Shown: positions 54,377 through 64,000 of the stretch, piece after piece | How the letters are laid out: every line of letters begins with the position of its first letter | How positions within the stretch are numbered: the stretch's first letter is position 1 | Source: Stylophora pistillata | Lineage: Eukaryota | DNA: 64,000 nucleotides | Assembly: GCF_002571385.2 (NCBI RefSeq) | Contig: NW_019217961.1 | Location: 236,698 to 300,697, forward strand | Direction: 5' to 3' | The notes under the pieces: generated by a model | What the model saw: only the letters and a program-made list of their open reading frames with translations | Databases searched by the model: none | Told to the model about the DNA's origin: nothing | Made by a program: the position numbers and the translations under genes

Positions 54377-57300
54377 ATGCACGACGTTATTACCTTTCTA
54401 CTTCTGTTTCTGTCTTTAATGATATTTTGGAGTTTTTATGTCTCGGCAGCAGGTGAGGAAAACTGTATGAAACCCAGTCAACTTTCTGAACTGTGATAAA
54501 AAATATTAATTTTTCAAAAATGAAGGTGAATGATCTATTGAGGCCACTGAATTATCTTTCAATTACTGTTTTTTTTTTTTTTAATGGTAAGAACTTGGCT
54601 GTATAAGCACAAAATGTAACAGAGAGGTCTCACGGATTGCTTTGAATAGAGACGGATTTTAACGTTTCATGAGGCAATTGTCAAATTATAAAATTAAATT
54701 TGCCGGATTTAAAATGTTTGAAATTAGAGTTAGTGGCTCACTGTTTGAGATTTAAAAACATTTCTGTGTGATCTTTTTTTTTTTCTTAGCAGAGCGAGTT
54801 TAGGTCGCATGATAAAACCTGGTCTATATCAATCCATACTAAAATGAAATGGAAAAATTTTAAAGGATGCTAAGGTTACTACTAAATTAGATATTCTTCT
54901 TGTCCTTGAAATTTCTTTATTTTCGCAAAAAGTGAATGGTGGCTGGGGTGATTGGTCTGGCTGGAGCGGCTGTGCAGCGGGCGTTTGCGCGGGAAATCAG
55001 CGCATTCGAACGAGAACTTGTACTAATCCCATTCCGAGTGAAGATGGAAAGTACTGTGATGAAGGAGAAAGTTCAGAACAACAAGACTGCATGGGTGAGT
55101 ATGGCTTCCTTGAGAGTTCACACTTTCGGAATAGTCATTGGTTGAAATAGCGACTGGCTTCGATATCTGCTTTGACACGAGTCAACTAAGTTATTGTGTA
55201 AGTACGCGAACTTAAGGCTCACAGGTAAAGAGAGAAAATGTGGTGAAATTTCGAATCCTGCCTTTGTAAATGTTTTTTTTTCTTAAAGGTGGTCCTATCG
55301 AAGGGTTTGGTCTGAAATGATAGGAAGAGAAAATTGAACAAAAAAAGTGAAATCAGGAACGAAATTTCTGTGTGTTTTACTATGATTTTGATAAAAAGCT
55401 TCGACTCCACTATATCCAGATTTCTGGGTCGCGTCCGAGAACTGTCACTTGTGCACCATTGTAACGTAAGCTGTTTAAACGTTTTTGTTTATTTGTGTTG
55501 ATTGCAATTCCTTTTCAGTCGACGGTGGTTTTACAGAATGGAGTCAATGGTCTCTATGTGAGAACCCGTGCGGGGGATCTGTAGTGAACAGGACAAGAGC
55601 GTGCACTAACCCGACCCCTACTCCTGACGGGAATCCATGTTCTGGAGACACAGTTCAAACGAAACTTGAGTGTATTGGACCATGCCCAAGTGAGTAGGAA
55701 TCCTGAGACGAATGCAACAAAATCACAAGTCAATTATCATGCATTTCCCAAACTAACTTCTCTTGGTTTGTTGTGCCGGAGATTTCCTTCTCTATGACAT
55801 CCGAATTGAAGAGGGCGATCTGACTGTTTCCGAAAATTAGTGAATTGGAGGGCCGACGGCCTACGGAGGTTTCTGACGACAGCTTAATACTCTTTCACTC
55901 GCGAAAGCTAGAAACTGACAAACAACGACTGTCACAGTTACTCGCGAGAACTGACTATAGGAATTCTTCGCTTGCCCTAGCATTATTAAGTTGTTAATGA
56001 CACTGTTAGAAGCTAGCGTGAGCCAGAGGAAATCATATTGTTCAGTAAAAGAATATAAAAATTACGAATCGAAAAGTCTCTTGAACTTAATCGTTTCAAG
56101 GTTGATCACTGCTATCCTATGTTTTCTTGTAGCTGGTCCTCTTGATGGTAATTGGGGTTCCTGGTCTCCATGGACTCGATGTTCTAAAACATGTGGAATA
56201 ACTGGAGGAAGCATTCTACGGAGAACAAGATTGTGCAATCAACCACCTCCATTAAATGGCGGGAAGAAGTGTATTGGCAATGACACGGAGGCTTTGCGAG
56301 CGTGTTTTACAGCTTGCCCTGGTTTGTTTAGTTTCCTTCACAGCCGTTTTTCCATCTTTTTCTTTCTTGTTTCTTTGATGCAAAACATGAGGCCATGAAA
56401 TATTGTGGCACACTTCGTTGAACTGAGAAATGAATGACCAGAAGTTTCCCTTACCGACAGTTTGTTTCACTTGCAGTGGATGGCGGATTCGGTTTGTGGT
56501 CCGCATGGACAGCGTGCAGTGAGACGTGCGGGACTGGTTCCCAATCACGAAGCAGACTCTGTAACAACCCAGTCCCTGCTAGTGGAGGACAAAACTGCAC
56601 TGGGGACTTCACACAGGCGAAGAGTTGCAAGTTAACGTCATGTCCTGGTAAGGATATACATACGACCTTGTAATGCATCTTTTAAATTTAATCTTAAACG
56701 GGTTTGAATGCCACACGATAGAGATTCCTACGGACTTATTGATCATAAAATTTAACCGACGAATCAAGAATTGGAACTTGTTTCCTACATTTAAAGGTTT
56801 AATGAATGTCTTCGATTCAAATCTCAAGCACGTCTACTCTGCGTGCTAAAACAATTTTTAATTACACTAACTTACCTGAATACTATACGAGTCGAACTTC
56901 ATCTAATCCAGTTAGAATTTCATCACTAACAGATGCCTACATTGCTTTTCATGTCTGATCAGGTCACAGGATTAATCTGATTTGCCAAATTTGTTAACAG
57001 GCGCTGTCAATGGTGGATGGTCAGCGTATTCCCCGTGGAGCGCATGCACAGAACCTAAATACTGCCTTCAAGGCACTAAGAAACGAACAAGAACCTGCAC
57101 CAACCCTCCCCCGGCAAATGGTGGCGACGATTGCTCCGGCATGGCTGTGGAAGAGAAGATTTGCCCCAAACAAGCAGATGGATGCACAAGTAGATATTAA
57201 ACAGATAGTTAATTGCTATTTAATTTTATGGTTCTTTTCAAATGAATGTAAAGTCATGTTTATGAGCGAAAGGCTAATGCAATTTCTCAACGAGTTTTAG

Positions 57301-60300
57301 ATCAGACTTCGCCTTAAGTATTACTTAAAAAGGTTTCCGCGGCGCACATAGTTAACGCGACAGTAAAACAATTTAATTTTTCTCTCGCCTGATTTCCCTG
57401 AGTGTTCTGTGCATGCAATTTTAGAGCAAGGAAACTCGTAAATACCTATTCATAACACTCGTAATAATATGCAAAGTTGACCTACACAGTAACAATGCAA
57501 TTTTATCAGCAAGGTGAGCATCACTCGTACTGCTTACGTAAGAGTTGAAGATAAATACAGAGAAATTCATTCACGCTCAGTTTTTCCTAGAGAGATGGGA
57601 ACATCCCCACTCCCAAGTTCAACGTTTGGGCCGTACCACTACATTCATACCGTGTAAGCTAAGCTGTTCCAGCTTGTATAGTCCGCTGGCCAATCGTTAT
57701 TCGCATAGAATACTTGTTGGGATATGTTTTCATTCCTTTCTGATTTGTCGTGCTTACGACGCATTGTAACCCACTCGATTTTTAAGCTGTCTGGTTTCAC
57801 TTTCCCTATGTTTGAGTTTTTTTAATCCTGGTTTCTTTTAGCCTATCAGCCAAACAAGCCGGACAAAACTGCAGCCGACCCCGGATCCTGGATAGCTTTG
57901 GAATGCGGTGCGACGGAAAAGTTCTCCGCTACTGGGTCTTATAATCAACAAGTTCCCTTTGCTGTGTATTCAAGTCAAAATTTCGGTTTCATGAGAACTG
58001 AATTGGAAAGTGGATGGTTTGCCTTTCAAATGGTTCCTGATGATAAAGACGATTACGGAAAAAAGAAACTGACAAAGGTTCGTGACTTGCGAAACGATCA
58101 TGATAACATACAAAATAGCTCGAGGGAATTTTATTTCGAAAATGGGGCCTTCACTAAAACATACCCCAAGCCCCTATTAACGGCTCTAACTGCCAATGAA
58201 AGCAGAAGATTCTTTAGTTGCCATGAAAAGGAAGTTATTATTTTAATGCTGATGTAAGAACTGTTGCAAGGAATTGGCTTTACTTTATTTTATATCAGCA
58301 CTTTTTCTTATCATTTTGTGTAGGAATATTCATTTTTTAAATCGAATATAGGAAATCAAAACCTGAACTAAAAATTGAGACTTGAGCAGGTTAAATGGGA
58401 ATGTTATAATTTGGATATATCAACAAAGTTGAAATGGTAAATTGGCCACCGTAATGATTACAAAAGCTGACGTTTCGAGCGTTAGCCCTTCGTCGGAGCG
58501 AATAGAGGACTTGTGGGTTGANNNNNNNNNNNNNNNNNNNTTCAATTCCAAGGAAATTTCCTCTTGCCATGGAAAAATTGTGAGTACGATTAAAAAGTTA
58601 TGAACACCAAGAAAAGATTAATCTCTTGGACTACTTCCCCACTAAAAGCTCTGTTCTCAGAGGAATCCCTCTCATGCTATCGTAAAACTACCTCCCTCTT
58701 TAAGGCCTTATTCCCAAAGGAATCCCTCTCATGTTATTGTAGGCCTCAAGTTAATCAGGGTAACCCCTGGATAATATATGATTTACGATGACCAACACTC
58801 GATTCATGGCAATTCTTGATGCACACAATGTTTCACACAGGCTTGGCTATGCTCTCTGAGAGCTACAAGAACGGGTGTGGTCTTGTATTCTTCAGAGAAC
58901 TGGCTCAACATGTGGCTTACATGTGGGATTTAGTCACTTGATTTGATCCTCTATAAGAACTAGTAATACGTTTGTCTTATCAAACGATGCAAATTTAACC
59001 CTCAGCGTCTAGGATAATTACACCATGGAGAAGAAGGGATTTTCTTGCTTGGCTTAACCAAAGAGTGCAAAAGGTTGTTAAACCTCGCTAATAAAGAATC
59101 TAAAATGTAGTTAAGTTCTAACTCTCAATTTGAACGCACACAAACCTGAAAACGTTATACACTACGTCACTAAGATAAATGTGAAAAACATCAACTTTTT
59201 TAGTCCAGTTTAGTTTGTCTGCCGACACTACTTTTCTAGATTAAATTAGTTAAATAATTGATCAGCAATTGATAAAACTATCTTGAAGCCTGGGATACAT
59301 AACATTTTTTTGTATGAAGACTGTAGACAAGGAATGAATTCGTGGATCAGCTAGCGCTAAATTTGAAATATACAACAATTATTAAACAAGAGATATGTGA
59401 TAGAAATCGACGTTTCGGTGCCAGTCGCTAGACATTTTAATTTACCTAATCATTCTAAGCAACATATGGCAATCTGCGGTCTTTCCTTGCACTTAGGTGG
59501 CACGGAAAGTCGTAAAAATCTTGAACAAAAGCTCATCTTTCAAACCGGCAGTCTAAATCCCACAGGGATCAACGAACGCTTTTCATTCCACTCATTTATT
59601 CATGTTTTTCACGTTGCCATGCTCTCACCAATAACGTAGCTCCATTCCTGCCTTTAAAAGCACACACAACCCACAATTCCTCTATTCGCTACGGTGGCCA
59701 TTTTTTCCATTTCAACTTTGTTGATATATCCAAATTATTTTGTTACCCTCACCGACGCAGCCCCAAACAGTTTCTTTCGAAACTATCAGCCTAAATGGGA
59801 ATGTTAGTCTGACAGATTCTTAAATTGATTTAGGCTCTTGCATGTAGGTTCTCACCACATTTAGAACTTCTAAGTGAAAACTACCCCAAAGGTGAAACTT
59901 TGTGTCGTCTTACTTAACAGGTATGCTTTGAGATAATCGATCCGTTAACCATCGACAAAGTTGTAACCAATAAGGCAACATACTACACTAAAATCGATGC
60001 TCTGCCCGAATGGACTAAGCCCGAGTTAAGTGAGACTGTTCCAGCGTTTACCATCTGGATTGATGAATTACAAGCTCTCAGAAAATACGAGTTCCAGTGC
60101 GCAAAATCTGATGAGTATGTACCACTGACCGGATACGTAATGACGGATGTCAGGTAGGCTAAGAGAATGTTTTCGGGCAAGATCACTTTCCATATTTTTT
60201 CCTTAGTAATTTTTTTGCGCATGATAAATGGGCCTTATTTTAAAATGAGTTTTTCGCCTTCGTAAGAAACTAAAGGAAAGATGATGGTTGTTTAATTTTG

Positions 60301-63300
60301 CGAGCCGGATCAACCAGCGACAGACTGAACGAAGGTCTAACAAATAACTAATTGGTCTAACAAGCCTTTTAAAGAGTAAATCCAGCAACAGAAATCATTC
60401 AACTCTCGACTGAAAAATCGGAAAAAAAAAAAGAAAGACTAAATGAAGCTCGAAAGGTAAAAAGTAAACGAGGCAGGTTTTGACGGACCAAACTGCTAAC
60501 AAAAACTGAAACATCCGCACAAATTAAGGAAAAAGTGACGTACTTATCAACTGAACTAACGTACTAAGGTGGGTGGCTCAATCAGCGAATAATTCAATTA
60601 CTATTGACTTTTAAAGAATAATGAACATAGTACGCATCGTCTAATTGGTCAATTTAGTTTCCAAGTGGATGCTTTATCTGGTTATGTCATAAAAGCAATA
60701 GAACGCATTTCTTCGGGCCTGATAACGTGATAAAGCCCCTTGGGATGTTGAAAGAACACTTGGAAAGCTCATAAGTTCGGCTCGTGATTTATACGCTTTC
60801 CTCGTGTTCTCCCAACATTCAGCTTGCCTTGTTTCGTTAGAGAGCATGGAAAAATGTGTTTTATTGCTAAATAAACACACATGCAAAACAGACGAGACAG
60901 TTTTGTTTATATAAAATTCCACCCATTACTGCAATATGATACCAAAGACAGTAAAAACGCGCATGTGGTAGCAGGTAAAACTATAATTTCCCTCCGACAT
61001 TTCGAGATTCCATCGATGGCTGTATTTTGGTAAACTTCTTTTAATGATAGTGCAGAATGCATTTATTTGCATTCTTTTCCCTCCTTTTTACGCGCTAGTC
61101 CGTGCAAAGTGAATAAACAGTTTTACTTTGTTACTGAGTCTTCACTAGTTGCTCTATTACTCCAGGTTCTCCTACTATACCGAAGGAAACTCGCAGACCT
61201 TTAAAGCTAAGGGAGATTACACAATTAGCACAGGGACTGTGTTCAAGACAGAAGTGAAAAAAGACGTCATTAGTGGTGGGGTGTACGCCACAGGAGACAC
61301 TGACTCTGTTAAGTTCCCGGATATAATGGCATCCTTCGGACTGGACCCTAGTTCCTTACCAGATTTCTTCGTCAATGCTTTAAAGTAAGATAATGCATTT
61401 ATTAACTTTGTGCTCTCCATGCGCATTGGCTTTAGTTGGATCTGGAATAACATTTCTAGGGAAAATTCGACGAAAATCATGAGTCAAGCCCGTCCTTCAA
61501 GCGATAAACCATTTGGAAGTCCGAGGAACATCATTCGGAAGTAACGATATGTCATTTTATGACTGCAGCTTCGTGTCAAAGGGAATGGTAGAATGTCATC
61601 AATTTAGCAAACGGCTCAGTTTCCCTTAATTTGGATTTATGGAGTTTGCCCACAAATTTGCCTCCAAAAGCTTTCACTGTAGTCCTTTTAGGATATTACA
61701 GTCGATTTTAGATAACTATTCCAGGATATAGAGGCATAGTTTCAAATGAAAATGTTTGATTTTCTAAGGGAATTAGAAGGGGGCAGGGGAAGGTGGGAAA
61801 GATGTTTTTGGTGCAACTAACGCGGACTCTACCGTCCCGGAGAGACCTGGGACGAGTTCGAGATTTCAGGACGGGTTCAACTATGACTGAGCAGGAATTT
61901 TGAGGGCGTTCTTGTTGTCAACGAGATACGAAGGAGGTATTTTCCTTAGTAACCTTCATAGTTTTCTTTGTGACGAACGTGACAGGAAGCCGATATCCCG
62001 TTTTGGTCACTGCGAAATTTTTGCTAGATAGCTCGTCTTGCAATACTAGCGGTTGGTATATTTTTCTCACTAAATTAACGCAGGTTTACATCCACCTATT
62101 GCTTCACTATTAGAAAATTTTGAATTTGTATCTCATGCTTGTCGTCAGCAGAATCTAAACATCTCTAATAAATCATTTTTATATGATGAATTTTTTCATC
62201 TAATAAACAGCTTCTGAATTTTTCTTTCAGAGGAGTCGGTATTTGGGATTTCACTATGGCCCCCGCCCAGGTCGTTAGGAAGCTTGTAAAGAATGGTGTG
62301 TTTAGATTCACTGCCTCCATTGATGCAGGCGGTGTTCCTATTCACGTTGAGATTTTAACGGGAGTCAGATTTGGACGAAAAACGTTCGCAGTCGGGTTTT
62401 CTTTTGACCGCGAGTCGTATGGAAAACTAGCCGAGAAACTGTCTGGAATTGGAGTGGACTTCCTAGACAAACTTGGACTAGAGTTTGAGGTTAAGCAAAA
62501 CTGACTCTCTTATTATTTATTAAGTACAGAGATATCCTTAAAATTAAACGCAACCATTGTGATCATTAGTCTTGATCCCAGGCTCTACAGACTGTCTCTC
62601 TTTCACTTTTTGTGCTTGTCACGAAAGTTAGGGATCGACCAAATCGTTTTTTCTCAGGCAACTCCACTTTTAAGCTCAGAATTTTTGTGGTTTAACGCTC
62701 AATGAAAACTAGATGTGGGCTGTCAGTGGTAAGTTAAAGCTAGCTGTGGAAACAATTCTGAATAATAGCGCCAATGGAGAATTCAGGAAACATATTTTCG
62801 ATCAATTTTTTTTTTATCCTAGATTGGATTATCCTTTCACCCTCCGGCGTCCTTAGGGTTTCAGCAGCTCTTTGTAGATTCGGAGACCAAGTTTTCCAAA
62901 GAGCCTCTGCATAGTTTTATATTCACTAGTGTACCACAAGGTGAGTATGAGCTCTCGGAAACCCTCCAGCTGACTAACTTGAGGCAGCCTAGCAGTGTGT
63001 GAAGACGATTGAAAATGGGTCAAACTTCTTCTTTATCTGCCTCTCTCAATTTTTCCTTTACCGTACAGGATTCTTTAAACATTTTAACAATAGATAGACT
63101 TCATGATCGAAAGGATATCGCACAAGGGAAAGGTCTCAGAAGAAGGCCTTTGAAAAACGGGCTACTTAGTCATGCCCTAAAGAAAATTGAGTGTGTCTGC
63201 AAAGTTAATGCTCATGATAAATTGAGCATGTAAAGATGAAACAATTTTTTAGTGTAATAGAAAAAATCCGAGCCCCAGATGGGACTTGAACCATGGGACT

Positions 63301-63762
63301 TGACCCTCCGTGATCTAGTCATAAATTGAGTGATAAATTGAGTGAAGGAAATGATATATTTAGGACTACATTATAGTTCTCAACTTTAAAGCTTTTTTAG
63401 TCCACAGTATTCCTTGATGCTTCTCTGGGTTAATATTGTGGATTTTTCTTAAAAGGTGCGACTCTCTGTGAGCACACAGCTTTGTAATTGCCAACCAAGA
63501 CATGAAATCACTAGTGTACTTATACGATACCAACTTTCAACTCTTCACTCTTGTAGGCATCTTCGCAGCAGCTCAAGTTGTCTTACCAAAAGATTGTCAA
63601 GGCAACAAATTTTGTGAAATAATGAAAATGATTGTAGGGCCGACAATAAAGTGGTATATCACTGGCCAGTTTGAATGGAAGAAGATCCGAGTCGCTACAG
63701 GTTTCGCTAATGTTCGAATCTACGATGGATTGTAATTTCACAAGTTGGAGCTATACGTCGAG
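54377..63762 (+). CDS. Secreted protein: signal peptide + 5 thrombospondin type-1 repeats + uncharacterised beta-rich region (probably continues off the right edge; in-frame TAA at 63733-63735)
   Basis: Signal exon 54377-54452 ([25 protein letters not shown]). Phase-1 TSP1 exons 54933-55094, 55519-55689, 56133-56321, 56477-56647, 57001-57189 (GGWxxWSxWSxC...RTRxCxNP). In-phase exons follow at 57842-58077, 59921-60153, 61166-61384, 62231-62489, 62823-62940, 63557-63762. Confidence 0.85.
58407..59791. mobile_element. Penelope-like insertion with inverted pLTRs and a GIY-YIG C-terminal fragment
   Basis: 15-bp TSD taaatgggaatgtta (58392-58406 and 59792-59806). Inverted pLTR at 58407-58521. ORF 59397-59639 [12 protein letters not shown]...[24 protein letters not shown] matches the PLE endonuclease end, followed by a direct pLTR. 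Confidence 0.85.
58466..58499 (-). ncRNA. Minimal type I hammerhead motif of a Penelope pLTR (CCGACGA core variant)
   Basis: Minus strand GCU-CCGACGA-A-GGGC(UAAC)GCUC-GAAA-C-GUC^-AGC. Confidence 0.65.
60687..60870. repeat. Imperfect palindromic MITE-like repeat
   Basis: aaagcaatagaacgcatt / tgtgttttattgcta arms with internal inverted segments. Confidence 0.5.
63255..63321 (-). repeat. tRNA-derived repeat fragment
   Basis: Minus strand gactagatcacggagggtc..ggttcaagtcccatctggggctcggattttt (B-box plus T-run). Confidence 0.5.
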
Positions 63763-64000
63763 GTAACTGCGCAAAATACGACAATTTGTTCCTAGAAACT
63801 CACTTTTTTGTTCAGTACGTCGTTCGCTAAAACATTAACAAACTGACAGTGGTCTAGCGTGTTGTGTACTCTTATCAACTGCGATATTGTTTATCGCAGT
63901 TGTCAAAATGCTGTGGACTCACGAGGCGCAGCAATATCGACTGTAAAATCGGTGTCAAATAAAACGATTCTTCCAGCGCGTGACTAAGATCGTGACACGT

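Overview
Eukaryotic, intron-rich, AT-rich scaffold from a draft assembly with several N gaps. The repeat families and gene content best fit an anthozoan cnidarian, probably a stony coral (inference). Hand splicing of GT-AG exons gives seven protein-coding genes: a MyD88-like death-domain adaptor (5' part, minus, runs off the left edge); IGHMBP2 (minus, 5' exons lost in a gap); PLK1 (plus, 5' exons lost in the same gap); SNRPC/U1-C (minus) and PINX1 (plus), which share a 127-bp bidirectional promoter; an ORP10/11-type oxysterol-binding protein gene (plus, about 22 kb); and a secreted protein with five TSP1 repeats plus a long unrecognised beta-rich region (plus, probably runs off the right edge). 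Introns and intergenic DNA hold a Harbinger transposase fragment, a CR1/L2-group LINE 3' end, tRNA-derived SINEs, many MITEs (some nested), Penelope-like pLTRs with minimal hammerhead ribozymes, a TSD-flanked hammerhead retrozyme and a minisatellite. The most interesting observations are: (1) the ORP10/11 homolog has an N-terminal RIM/Slp-type Rab-binding-like helix and a candidate phospho-FFAT motif, neither known from vertebrate ORP10/11; (2) a near-canonical hammerhead retrozyme inserted in an intron; (3) the TSP1 plus orphan beta-domain secreted protein, with an in-exon stop; (4) one SINE body carrying different 3' tails. No prokaryotic features or CRISPR arrays were found. All homology calls are from motif recognition, not database searches.
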